Shown: positions 1-9,499 of the stretch, in pieces
How positions within the stretch are numbered: the first letter of the stretch is position 1
Layout of the letters: the number at the start of each line of letters is the position of its first letter
Origin: Microcoleus sp.
GTDB lineage: Bacteria > Cyanobacteriota > Cyanobacteriia > Cyanobacteriales > Microcoleaceae
Reading direction: 5' to 3'
DNA length: 64,000 nucleotides
Assembly: GCA_052279835.1 (NCBI GenBank)
Contig: CP181291.1
Coordinates: 2,208,001 to 2,272,000, forward strand
The notes under the pieces: model-generated
The model's input: only the letters and a program-made list of their open reading frames with translations
Databases searched by the model: none
Told to the model about the DNA's origin: nothing
Translations under genes and position numbers: made by a program

Positions 1-215
1 CCTAGCGGCTTAAAGAAGAAAGCTATGAGACCAAAAATCGCTGCTCCGACGGGGGTGTCGGGGGCAAAAAAGGCCAGCAGCAGAAGGCTGATCAGCAATA
101 AAACGCGCAGCCGGTCTAATAATGGATTGTCTTTGCCTCCTGACTGATCCCACCAAGATTTGATTAGTGAGAACAACAGGAATAGAAATAGAATTCGAGC
201 TAGCAGTACAAACAT
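1..215 (-). CDS. Partial (5' end) membrane protein, probably YdcF/DUF218 family
   Basis: Not in the ORF track because it runs off the window. ATG at 215 gives MFVLLARILFLFLLFSLIKSWW...LLLISLLLLAFFAPDTPVGAAIFGLIAFFFKPL, a hydrophobic N-terminus like that of cyanobacterial YdcF-type proteins. Confidence 0.55.
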   Translation of the reverse strand, partial: MFVLLARILFLFLLFSLIKSWWDQSGGKDNPLLDRLRVLLLISLLLLAFFAPDTPVGAAIFGLIAFFFKPL

Positions 216-381
216 CTTGCAATATTGTCTGTATTTAGTTAGTGGGTAATTGATAACTGGTAATGGTTGATTGGTAATTGGTAATGAGTCGAGCATAGTC
301 AGGGAGAATTGACAATTGAAGCCTTTTGCCTGCTACCTGTTATTTTTTCCCCTTACCTGTTACCCATTCACCGCTGCCAAT

Positions 382-1869
382 TTATCGGCGTTTCAGTTGA
401 TTCCGAATTGCCTGCGTTACCGTTTGAATTACTTTAACACGAGCATAATACTTGTTATTGGCCGCAATTGGTGTCCAGGGAGCAGTGGGGGTACTCGTGC
501 GCTGAATCATTTGATTCACAGCGACCTCATAAAAATTCCACTTTTGGCGATTGCGCCAATCTTCCTCAGTCAGTTTGTATTGTTTGAAGGGATTATTTTG
601 TCGTTCTGTAAATCTTTTTAGTTGCTCGTCCGGGCTGATGTGTAGCCAAAACTTAACTAAGACACAACCGTAACTGGTGAGTTGCTCCTCGAATTCGTTG
701 ATTTCTTGGTAAGCTCGACGCCATTCCGGTTCGGTGGCAAATCCTTCGACTCGCTCGACCAAAACTCTACCATACCAACTGCGATCGCAAATGCTAATTT
801 TCCCCGCCGTTGGTAACTTCCGCCAGAATCGCCACAGATATTGGTGAGCTTTTTCTTCCTCTGTCGGTGCCGCAAAGGGATTGACTGTATAACTGCGGGG
901 GTCTAGGACATCCGTCAACCGTTTGATTGCTCCTCCTTTGCCGGCAGCATCCCAACCTTCAAACAGCACTAACACGGGGATTTCTACTTCGTGGATGCTT
1001 TGTTGCAGTTTGCCAAAACTGGTTTGTGCTTCCCGAAGTTGCTGTTTGTATTCTTCTGGGGACAGCGATTTAGTTAAATCTACTTGGGCGAGTAAGTCGG
1101 GTTCCGTAGGTTGTAAGTGTTCTTGATGCGGCAATTGTATCGGTGCTGATTGCATCGTTTGTCTGTCTAAGGCTTCTGTAATGGTTGAGGCCATTTGCGT
1201 TAAAACCTTGACTCTCCCCCAACGTTGACAGTCACCTTCTACTAAGGTCCAGGGTGCCGGCCCCGTGCCGGTTTGGGCAATCATTTCTTCGGCAAAAGTT
1301 TTGTATTCTGCGTATTTTTTGGCTTGTTTCCAGTCTTCGGGGCGCACTCGCCAAGCTTGCAGACTGTCGTCTTCTAGTTTTTTGAGCCGATGTTTGAGCT
1401 CTTTTTTGCTCAGGTGTATCCAAAATTTGGCAATTGCTGCGCCGTCATCTACCATCTGGCGCTCGAAGGCGTTGATTTGTCTGATGACTGTCGGTACTTC
1501 AGCGTCTGATAGGCGATCGAACAATCGGTCTTCTAAAACATGAGTATACCAACTGTGATAGAAAAAACCAATCTGGCCGCGGGCGGGGAGTTTCTGCCAA
1601 AACCGCCACAAAAAAGGATAGCCCAGCTCTGCTGCTGAGGGCGGCCAAATCGGGTGGACTGCAAACCCCCGCGGGTCCATATAGCCCACCATTTTTTTGA
1701 CTATGGCTCCTTTGCCCGCCGCCGCCCAACCTTCGAGCACAATGATGATGGGCAGTTTTTTTTCCCAGCAAGCCTGTTGGAGCGATCGCAACTGCTGCAT
1801 TAAAACTTCTATCTTGGCATCATAGGTTTCTTTGTCCAGGCAGATATCTAAATCGAGGTTGTCGAGCAT
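382..1869 (-). CDS. pap: Polyphosphate:AMP phosphotransferase (two-domain PPK2)
   Basis: Tandem PPK2 domains: LEGWAAAGKG and FEGWDAAGKGGAIKRL, DRSWYGRVLVERVEG, KLTEEDWRNR. Confidence 0.92.
   Translation of the reverse strand: MLDNLDLDICLDKETYDAKIEVLMQQLRSLQQACWEKKLPIIIVLEGWAAAGKGAIVKKMVGYMDPRGFAVHPIWPPSAAELGYPFLWRFWQKLPARGQIGFFYHSWYTHVLEDRLFDRLSDAEVPTVIRQINAFERQMVDDGAAIAKFWIHLSKKELKHRLKKLEDDSLQAWRVRPEDWKQAKKYAEYKTFAEEMIAQTGTGPAPWTLVEGDCQRWGRVKVLTQMASTITEALDRQTMQSAPIQLPHQEHLQPTEPDLLAQVDLTKSLSPEEYKQQLREAQTSFGKLQQSIHEVEIPVLVLFEGWDAAGKGGAIKRLTDVLDPRSYTVNPFAAPTEEEKAHQYLWRFWRKLPTAGKISICDRSWYGRVLVERVEGFATEPEWRRAYQEINEFEEQLTSYGCVLVKFWLHISPDEQLKRFTERQNNPFKQYKLTEEDWRNRQKWNFYEVAVNQMIQRTSTPTAPWTPIAANNKYYARVKVIQTVTQAIRNQLKRR
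781..788. repeat. HIP1 octamer (example; recurs throughout the window)
   Basis: GCGATCGC is seen repeatedly in coding and non-coding DNA, a cyanobacterial signature. Confidence 0.9.
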
Positions 1870-2387
1870 ATTTACCTTCTCTCAGTCAGAAATTATAGTT
1901 TAACGTTAGTTTAACGTTTGGCTAAATATCACCATCGTTAATAATAGCAGCACTCCCATGATGGAAAACTTGCCAAAAATAACCACTATGGTTATAGTTG
2001 AATTAGATAGCAAAAGTAAAAATCAACTACCCAGTGGGGGTGACAACTTCTTTACTTAGCTTAAGCATTTTTATGCAAACGATAGTCAATCAAGCACCAA
2101 GCTCGGTAACGCCATAGAGCGCTGATTCAATCTAATACTCACATCCAAAACTAACCCAAAAGGGCAAACCTATTTTTATGATTGCGCTATGAGATAAAAC
2201 CTGAAAGCCTGGGTGATATAAACAGGTTTCTGAGTTTTATCAACACCATTCTCCAAACTACTGTCATTGCTTGTAAAACAGGCCTCTTACCTGTTACTGA
2301 CATTTGTGAAAAATGTCCGAATTACTGTACTCATTTGTCAATACCCACTAATAGCAAAATTCCGAATTTACGGATTGTAAGTTTTTT

Positions 2388-3347
2388 ATGACTACCTTAA
2401 AAATGCGCTCCTACCGGGGCGAAACTGACTGGTGCGCGATCGCCAATTTGATCGATGCTTGCGAAGCTGTAGATAGACTAGGCGAAGAAGTATCAGCAAC
2501 TGAACTAAAGCTAATCCTAGATGCACCCAAACTGGACAAAGCCCGCGATGTCCAATTGTGGGAAGATGGTAACTACAAACTTATCGGTTTATCACTGTTA
2601 GATATGCCAGATTCCCAAGATGAAATAGAAGCTTGTCTCTGGTTTTACGTGCATCCCAATGTACGGGGTCAAGGCTTAGAAAAAGACATCATTAAATGGG
2701 GAGAAACACGCCTGGGCGAAGTAGGAAAACAACGCAACTTACCCGCAAAATTGCGTATCTACAGTCGTGAGGATCAAACCGACGAAATTAGGCTATTTGA
2801 AAAACAGGGCTTTGGAGTCGATCGCTATTTTTGGACTATGGCCCGATCGCTCTGCGAGCCCATTCCCACACCAGAATTCCCCCCAAACTTTGCGCTAACA
2901 CACGTATCAGGCGAAAAAGACATCGAACCTTGGGTAGAGATGTTCAACCAATCATTCATCGATCACTGGAATCACCACGACTTAACGGCGGAAACCGTGC
3001 GTTACTGGATGCAAGACCCTAATTATCAGCCAGAATTAGACTTAATTGCTATTTCGGGCGATCGCAAATTTGCAGCTTTCTGCGACTGTCAAATCAAACC
3101 GCAAAAAAACCCCAATAGCGGCACAAAAAACGGCTGGATTGAATTATTAGGTACGCGGCGCGACTATCGGAAAATGGGTTTAGGAAAAGCCATGCTGCTG
3201 GCTGGTTTGCATAGGTTAAAAGCCGCCGGTGCAAATACAGCCAAACTCAGCGTCGATGCTGACAGTTTGACAGGGGCGACAAAGCTTTACAAATCAGTAG
3301 GTTTCCGCCAGATGGAAACCTGGATAGAGTGGGCTAAGGTTGTTTGA
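2388..3347 (+). CDS. GNAT family N-acetyltransferase (tandem GNAT)
   Basis: Two acetyl-CoA motif A copies (VHPNVRGQGL, GTRRDYRKMGLG) and C-terminal ATKLYKSVGF. Confidence 0.85.
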   Translation: MTTLKMRSYRGETDWCAIANLIDACEAVDRLGEEVSATELKLILDAPKLDKARDVQLWEDGNYKLIGLSLLDMPDSQDEIEACLWFYVHPNVRGQGLEKDIIKWGETRLGEVGKQRNLPAKLRIYSREDQTDEIRLFEKQGFGVDRYFWTMARSLCEPIPTPEFPPNFALTHVSGEKDIEPWVEMFNQSFIDHWNHHDLTAETVRYWMQDPNYQPELDLIAISGDRKFAAFCDCQIKPQKNPNSGTKNGWIELLGTRRDYRKMGLGKAMLLAGLHRLKAAGANTAKLSVDADSLTGATKLYKSVGFRQMETWIEWAKVV

Positions 3348-3349
3348 TC

Positions 3350-3505
3350 TAGCCCAGAAACCTGGTTTTTGCGATCGACTTGGTGACAACTCCCAAATTC
3401 AGCAAAAAACCCGGTTTCTTAGATTGTGGGAGAGTGCCCAGAAACCGGGTTTTGGCGACTGATTGGGTGATAACTCCCAAATTTGGAAAAAACCCGGTTT
3501 CTTTA
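3350..3505. repeat. Two tandem units of the AGAAACCCGGTTT palindromic dispersed repeat
   Basis: cccagaaacc(t/g)ggtttt...aaaaaacccggtttcttag occurs twice between convergent genes. The same family occurs at 9230-9495, ~20095-20162 and ~26685-26757. Confidence 0.8.
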
Positions 3506-3517
3506 GTTTTGATGCGC

Positions 3518-5026
3518 TTAATCCGAACCAGGTGGAATTGCTTCGACAGATGAGGATTTAGCCTTGAGGTGGCGCTTAGTGAAAAACCAAGCCAACCATC
3601 CCAAGCCACCACCGCACAAACAACTAACTACAACAGCGACAATGAAGGGATGAGGCGGTAACACAGGATGTTGGGGAGAGGGTAAAACCCAAGGTTTTTC
3701 GATTAAGGGATAGCCGGCGGCTAGGATTCCCGCAAAACCGACACCGACGCCGATACCGGTACCGACGGCTTGAATCGTATTTTCTAAATCCCGATCGCGC
3801 TTCTTGTCTTCTTTCTCACTATCCTGTAAAGTTTGTTGTAATTGGCGATCGGACTCAGCTTGGTCAATTTCCACCAAACCGCGAATACTAGCAATAGCTT
3901 GATCCAGCAATTGAGAACCCGGTTTAGAATAATTCAAATCAGCTTGAATTTGCAACTTAAAAGTTTCGCTTTCCCGTTCCGCAAACCGACCAAATATATC
4001 CAGTTCATCCTTGACTTGACCTTGCAAACGCTTCAATTTCAGTTGATAATTTCGGGCATGAATATTCAGAGTATTAAAACAGTCTTCAAGATTCCGCAGT
4101 TGTGAAGTATATTTCGGAACAGTTTTCAATAGTTCCTTGAGTTGAATTTTTAATGTCGCCAAATCCAAATCACCTAGCAATTTTGACTTGCTTTCAATTT
4201 CTTCTCGGATTAATTTATCGAGTTCATCCGAATATATGCGACTCTTTTGGAAAACATTCGTAATTTTATGATAGTATAAGAATAGTTCCGGCAAATCCCA
4301 ATATATCTCCTTGAGTTGTTCCGAAGTCGCATCAGTAAAGTAGAACAGCACAAAATAGCGAATTTGCGATTTTTTCGGTCTGCTAAATTCCAAAATGCAA
4401 CCATCTAAAAAATTATCGGCTTGATAAAAATCAGGACAAACATCACCGAATAATTGCTTGAGCAAATTTTCCCCATGAGTTTTTAAGGATTCCGGGTTAG
4501 TTGGCTGGGATTGAGACAGATAAGCCGTGATTAAGTAAGTTTCTCCGATAAAATGCGGGTCATTTTTGAGAGTCAAACATTGATTCGGATTGAATTCCCC
4601 AACTTCAGTTAATTTTACCCCATCAAAACCTTCAGCTTGCGGGCGAAAAATATTGATTAACAAAGCGAAGGTATCGCTAAGTTTCTGTGGATACACCAAC
4701 AGACGATACAACGGTTTAGGCTGAATCGGATTTTGGTTTGTGTCTTTACTGGAAAGCAGCCAAAATTGTCGCGTCCCTTTGGTGCGGTTATTCAGTAATT
4801 CGTAGTTGTCTGAATTTGGCAAATCTTGCCGAACTTGTGGGAATGAATCAGGAAAATTCAGCTTGTAACTAAAGTTATCTTTTAAGATTTTCTCATATTT
4901 ATGCTGAAAAGTTGTGGGAGATTCGTTAATTAGTTCTTGTGAATCTAAATATGAGCCACATTGCAGGGTGAATGCAAACAAGCTAACATTTAAGGCATAA
5001 TAAATCGGATCGGATTCGTTGGACAT
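3518..5026 (-). CDS. Hypothetical protein with a long helical/coiled region and two C-terminal TM segments (CorA-like/CATRA-like topology)
   Basis: 502-aa ORF. Coiled region followed by hydrophobic AVGTGIGVGVGFAGILAAGY and FIVAVVVSCLCGGGLGWLAWFF. Confidence 0.7.
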   Translation of the reverse strand: MSNESDPIYYALNVSLFAFTLQCGSYLDSQELINESPTTFQHKYEKILKDNFSYKLNFPDSFPQVRQDLPNSDNYELLNNRTKGTRQFWLLSSKDTNQNPIQPKPLYRLLVYPQKLSDTFALLINIFRPQAEGFDGVKLTEVGEFNPNQCLTLKNDPHFIGETYLITAYLSQSQPTNPESLKTHGENLLKQLFGDVCPDFYQADNFLDGCILEFSRPKKSQIRYFVLFYFTDATSEQLKEIYWDLPELFLYYHKITNVFQKSRIYSDELDKLIREEIESKSKLLGDLDLATLKIQLKELLKTVPKYTSQLRNLEDCFNTLNIHARNYQLKLKRLQGQVKDELDIFGRFAERESETFKLQIQADLNYSKPGSQLLDQAIASIRGLVEIDQAESDRQLQQTLQDSEKEDKKRDRDLENTIQAVGTGIGVGVGFAGILAAGYPLIEKPWVLPSPQHPVLPPHPFIVAVVVSCLCGGGLGWLAWFFTKRHLKAKSSSVEAIPPGSD

Positions 5027-5031
5027 TGCGG

Positions 5032-5430
5032 TTAATCTTGTTCTGGATTACTGGGTAAATCCTGTTCTGGCTGTTCCTGATTTTCCTGAATTATTTTTTG
5101 AATTCTGTCCCGATTCCGAATAATCTCCGCCTCATTGTGCGCGGGTGCAAGGGGAATATCTATGTCGTCTTCGCCAACCATATCGCAGCGAACTTTTTGC
5201 CAATTTTCACTTTTAAATAGCTGATATATTTCGGGGTATTTTTCGCACCAATCTAGAATCGCCAAAGCAATTTTATTTGGCTTAGTAATTGCATTTAAGT
5301 CTAAATTGAGTTGATTTAAATCTTGCCAAATCGCAGCATTAAATAGGTCGCTTGTTTCCTTGGCTTGTTCCACCTCCAGCAAAGTAAGGAAGTCGAGAAT
5401 CGTGTTGGAAGCATTAGAAATATCGCTCAT
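5032..5430 (-). CDS. Small acidic hypothetical protein, probably CHAT-associated
   Basis: 132-aa ORF with AGGA upstream of the ATG. It ends 5 bp before the next gene start. Confidence 0.7.
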   Translation of the reverse strand: MSDISNASNTILDFLTLLEVEQAKETSDLFNAAIWQDLNQLNLDLNAITKPNKIALAILDWCEKYPEIYQLFKSENWQKVRCDMVGEDDIDIPLAPAHNEAEIIRNRDRIQKIIQENQEQPEQDLPSNPEQD

Positions 5431-5452
5431 TTTCCTAAGTTATTTGTGTGTT

Positions 5453-5620
5453 TAACTGGTTCCCCGCCTCTGCCTAACTGGTTAGGAGGCTCTGCCTGGG
5501 AACCCATATCACTCTTGCTCTGCCTCGCTGGTTAGGAGGCAGAAAATCGCCGACTACGAGGCAGAAATTGGGAGGCAGAGCCTCCGGATCTGCGTTACCA
5601 GGCTCTGCCTGGTAACGAGT
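5453..5620. repeat. GAGGCAGAGCCTC / CCAGGCTCTGCCTGG REP-like dispersed repeat
   Basis: Multiple ctctgcct/aggcagag units. Second copy at 23616-23760. Confidence 0.8.
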
Positions 5621-5703
5621 TTTTTGAGTCTCGCGTTGCGCGGACGAAAGTTTGACAAGGAGCGGTTTCAACCGCCGAATTATCAACACGATAACGCGAT
5701 AAC

Positions 5704-8700
5704 TTAGATACCAATGGCACAAAATGCAGCCCAATATCTAGGGTCAGCAAAAGGTTGACTGGGAAAATTACGCTGCAATAAAATATTAATATCATCAACT
5801 CCATCTTCTGCCATTTTCACCTCATTTGTCAACCAGGCCAAAAAGTCTTTTCGAGTAATAGTTCTCAACCAAAATTGAGCACCTTGCAAAGCTTGACCAA
5901 CCGACAAATCCGGGTTCTTCAGATTTTGATAAAAACGAATCATCAGAAAAGCCGTTGAAAAATCGCTGACACGCCATAAACTACTAACTACATTACTAGC
6001 ACCGGCATACAGAAAACCGCTAGCTAAACCGATATATTCATCGGTGATCAGTCTCTTTACCAATCCAGTTTCGCAGGCCGAGAGACTAACCAAGCGACAC
6101 AAAGGCAAATCCAGACTAGCAAAAATTTCCTTCAGTGTCAGACATTGAATATCAGTCGGAAAACGGCGACCATCACGCAGAGTAACATAACTGCGAACCT
6201 CTTCCTCTACCTCTTGCTCCAAGGCGGGCTGGGAGGGTTCTGCCTCTACCTCTTGCTCCCCCCTTATTAAGGGGGGCTGGGGGGGATCAGAGAGAGTCTG
6301 GGGTGCTTCTGAGAGGATTTTGGTGTCACTTTCTGCCTCTACATCTTGCTCCCCCTTTACCAATGAGGGCTGGGGGGGTTCCAATATTCCAGCGAAAACC
6401 AAACCCGAATTCAACGGATTCTCCCAGTTAAAACTTCCGTGACAAGAAAAATGGGCGTAGTGAGAAGCAGTTAATTTTTCGAGAGTGGCTGCGGAATTAA
6501 AAGCGACTTTGGTAGCTTCGCGGCGCTTCAAAATGTGGGCGTGGGGATTGAAGCGGCGGGAAATCTCTTCAACTTCAATTTCGGTGTAGTTGAGGTCTTC
6601 GGTGGGATTCTGGATGGCGAACAAGGGCAGAATGTCATTGAGGGGCGGGCGTTTTCGTTGATGCAAGCGTTCCAGAAATTGGCTGCTGGGGCTGTATTGG
6701 ATGCCGTTGGTATAGAGCTCTAGCAAATAGCCGCTGTTGGTTTCGCCGTTGCAGAGTTTTCGGGTTGCTGGTAGGGCGTGAAGCGGTAGCAGGTGTAAGT
6801 CGCGGTGGGGAATCAGGATTAGTTTTTCGATGGTTGGGGATAAAGCGGCTAGGGTTTGGTTGAGTTGCAGGGAGGCCGCTAGGGTGACTAGACGGTGGCT
6901 GAGGGCTTCGCCCCAGGTGGGTTTGCCGTAGTCGCTGAGGTAGGTAGCGATGTCGGTGTTGAGTTGTTGATGTTGTTCGGGGGTGAAGGGGATGTGGTGG
7001 ATGTGGAGATCCCCCCCTAGCCCCCCCTTACCAAGGGGGGGGACTGGAGGTTCCCTGCTAACAAGGGAGGGATCTTCTTCACTCAAAGTCCCCCTTCTTA
7101 AGGGGGATTTAGGGGGATCTCCTATGGGATTGGTGACGATGAAGACGTGGAAGCCGGAGTCTGGGTTTGGGGGGAGATACCACTCGATGAGGGCGGTTTG
7201 GCTGTCGAGGAATTGGGTGAAGTCGGGTAGTTGGGGGATGACTTGTTGGGTGAGGTTGAAATCGGGGTCATTGATTTCTCTCAGCAGTTGAGTGACTTGC
7301 TGTTGCAGGGTTTTTAGTTCGGCTTCCAGGTGGGAATCGCTGGTTTGGGGCGATTTGGCTGTGGAAATACTGCCTTTTTCTTTGAGGGTGTCGGTGTTGG
7401 TTTCGGTGGTTGTTTCGGTTTCGGTTGGGGTTTCGTCGATGTCGAGTTGTTGTTGGAGGGAGGCAATTTGGCGGCGGAGTTGGGTGAGTTGTTGTTTTTG
7501 GGCGGGGGTGCTGTTTTTGGGGTAGAGGTTGGCGTTGTCGAGGAGTTCGATGAGGGTGCGAGATTTGCTGCGTTCGACGGTGAGGAGGGCGGTTTCGTAG
7601 CGTTGGAGGTGGATGCAGGCCAGTACCATTTTCTCGTACATGGGCAAGGCATCTTCGAGGATTTGGCGTTTGCTGCGTTGGGAAGTTGCCCATTCGCGGC
7701 TTTGTTCGGCGGCGGTGATGGCCTTATCGTAAAAGTCTATCGCTAAGTCCCATTGGTGTAGAGCAAAAACTGCATCACCTTGTTTTTGATAAATCTGAGC
7801 TGTAGCCTGAGAATATTCAATTGCCTTATTAATATTTTCGACCTTATCTCCTAAATCTCGTTTTGAATAATATTCAGCCAGAGATTCTTGAGTTTTTGCT
7901 CTTTGGTCAAGAAACGAGTCACTAGAGTATACTTTCAGTGCTGATTCTGAATAAGCTATAGCTTGTTCAATATTATTTCCTTTGACACCTATAATTCTTT
8001 TATAATAAGCAAGTGATAAATTAGTTTGAACTTGTGCCGAGTATTCAGGAAATGATTCAAAAGTATAAACTGTCAAAGCATTATTATAAGAATTAATAGC
8101 TTGTTCTATATTTTCGGCTTTTTCTCCTGCAATACGCTGAAAATAAGCCGATGCTAGTTGGTTATATGTTTCTGCCCAATCTACGGGATAAGATTCACGA
8201 GTTTTAACTTTTAGAACTTCTTGATAAGCTCGAATAGCTTTTTCTATATTTTCTGATTGATCTCCCCTGATTCTGTCACTGTAGGCTGCTGCCAGATTAT
8301 TTTGCGTCGTTGCCCAATATTCGGGAAAGGCTTCGGGGGTGTAGATGGTTAATGCAGCAGTGTATGATGCGATCGCCAGTTCGATATTCTCTGCTTTATC
8401 TCCCCTGATTCTGTCACTGTAGGCTGCTGCCAGATTATTTTGCGTCGTTGCCCATTTTTCGGGAAAGGCTTCGGGGGTGTAGATGGTTAATGCAGCAGTG
8501 TATGATGCGATCGCAACTTCGATATTCTCTGCTTTCTCTCCCTTGATTCTGTTTCTGTAGGCAATTGCCAGATTATTTTGGGTTTGAGCAAACTTTTCGC
8601 TTCCCGGTTCCCGATTATTTAAAACTATTTGATAACCAGTAATCGCAATTTCCAGATTATTCGCTCTACTTCCCAGCGGAAATTGGTAAATATCAATACT

Positions 8701-9174
8701 TAAATTTTCAATAATGCCGACAATGGACGCAATTGATTCGGCATTTTCCTCAGCAATTAATTTCTGTGCTACTTGCTGTAAAGTTTCGGCCAAACGGAGA
8801 TTGAGGAGATGTTGCCGTTGAGCGAGAATAGGGTAAACTACAGCAACATCGCTATTGCTATCTTGTTCTGCTTGCAATAATTCTAGGATAAAGTTTACAT
8901 ACTCTTGGGAATCTTCACCTTCAGAGTCATCGCTATCTCCCTCATCGTTGGTATCGAAGAATTCCCCTAGCTGACTGGCCAGATTTCGCAGGAAACTAGC
9001 TGCATTTTCCTGTCCCTGCTGTGTCAAGTTTTCTGCTATTACTTCGCAAGCTTGCAGAAATCCGCGATCCAGTAATTCTGAGTTATCTTGTAATATCTGC
9101 GGTTCTTCACCGTTGGGGCAAGTCAGGAGAGTCTGAATTAGTTGCAGGTAGGCTTGGGCGCGGGTTTCGTCCAT
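5704..9174 (-). CDS. TPR-repeat CHAT-domain (caspase-like, clan CD) protease
   Basis: 46-aa TPR-like repeats (QNNLAAAYSDRIRG..ENIE.AI). CHAT motifs LILIPHRDLHLLPLHAL, HFSCHG (catalytic His), LSACETG (catalytic Cys), VVSSLWRV, YWAAF. Confidence 0.92.
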   Translation of the reverse strand: MDETRAQAYLQLIQTLLTCPNGEEPQILQDNSELLDRGFLQACEVIAENLTQQGQENAASFLRNLASQLGEFFDTNDEGDSDDSEGEDSQEYVNFILELLQAEQDSNSDVAVVYPILAQRQHLLNLRLAETLQQVAQKLIAEENAESIASIVGIIENLSIDIYQFPLGSRANNLEIAITGYQIVLNNREPGSEKFAQTQNNLAIAYRNRIKGEKAENIEVAIASYTAALTIYTPEAFPEKWATTQNNLAAAYSDRIRGDKAENIELAIASYTAALTIYTPEAFPEYWATTQNNLAAAYSDRIRGDQSENIEKAIRAYQEVLKVKTRESYPVDWAETYNQLASAYFQRIAGEKAENIEQAINSYNNALTVYTFESFPEYSAQVQTNLSLAYYKRIIGVKGNNIEQAIAYSESALKVYSSDSFLDQRAKTQESLAEYYSKRDLGDKVENINKAIEYSQATAQIYQKQGDAVFALHQWDLAIDFYDKAITAAEQSREWATSQRSKRQILEDALPMYEKMVLACIHLQRYETALLTVERSKSRTLIELLDNANLYPKNSTPAQKQQLTQLRRQIASLQQQLDIDETPTETETTTETNTDTLKEKGSISTAKSPQTSDSHLEAELKTLQQQVTQLLREINDPDFNLTQQVIPQLPDFTQFLDSQTALIEWYLPPNPDSGFHVFIVTNPIGDPPKSPLRRGTLSEEDPSLVSREPPVPPLGKGGLGGDLHIHHIPFTPEQHQQLNTDIATYLSDYGKPTWGEALSHRLVTLAASLQLNQTLAALSPTIEKLILIPHRDLHLLPLHALPATRKLCNGETNSGYLLELYTNGIQYSPSSQFLERLHQRKRPPLNDILPLFAIQNPTEDLNYTEIEVEEISRRFNPHAHILKRREATKVAFNSAATLEKLTASHYAHFSCHGSFNWENPLNSGLVFAGILEPPQPSLVKGEQDVEAESDTKILSEAPQTLSDPPQPPLIRGEQEVEAEPSQPALEQEVEEEVRSYVTLRDGRRFPTDIQCLTLKEIFASLDLPLCRLVSLSACETGLVKRLITDEYIGLASGFLYAGASNVVSSLWRVSDFSTAFLMIRFYQNLKNPDLSVGQALQGAQFWLRTITRKDFLAWLTNEVKMAEDGVDDINILLQRNFPSQPFADPRYWAAFCAIGI

Positions 9175-9229
9175 TGTGGGGAGTTGTGAGTGACACCGAT
9201 GTTTATTTTATCATGATTCGATTGTGGGT

Positions 9230-9495
9230 GGGTGGCGAGAAACTGGGTTTTTTTGAGAGACTTCGTTACTGTCGGAAAAACTCGTAAAAACCAGGTTTCT
9301 GAGATTGTGCGCGGGCGAGTGGCGAGAAACCGGGTTTTTTTGAGAGACTTCGTTACTGTCGGTAAAACTCGTAAAAACCCGGTTTCTGGGATTGTGGGTG
9401 GGTGGCGAGAAACCGGGTTTTTTTGAGAGACTTCGTTACTGTCGGAAAAACTCGTAAAAACCCGGTTTCTGGGATTGTTGGGTGGGTGGCGAGAA
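9230..9495. repeat. Three tandem 83-87 bp palindromic units
   Basis: ggcgagaaac starts at 9234, 9321 and 9404, with a partial fourth at 9488. Each unit is aaaccgggtttttt-gagagacttcgttactgtcg-aaaaacccggtttct with a near-identical interior. Confidence 0.9.
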
Positions 9496-9499
9496 AATG

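Noticed and set aside
10..222. 70-aa ORF in the track
   Set aside because: A different minus-strand frame starting at 215 gives a more plausible membrane protein.
3349..3612. 87-aa ORF and similar KPGF/TRFL ORFs (5474-5734, 9232-9426)
   Set aside because: Read-through of palindromic repeats and overlapping real genes.
6983..7746. Several overlapping 77-141 aa ORFs
   Set aside because: Alternative-frame artefacts of the GC-skewed CHAT coding segment.
9230..9495. CRISPR array
   Set aside because: Unit interiors are near-identical rather than unique spacers, there are no cas genes, and the same family is dispersed elsewhere in the window.
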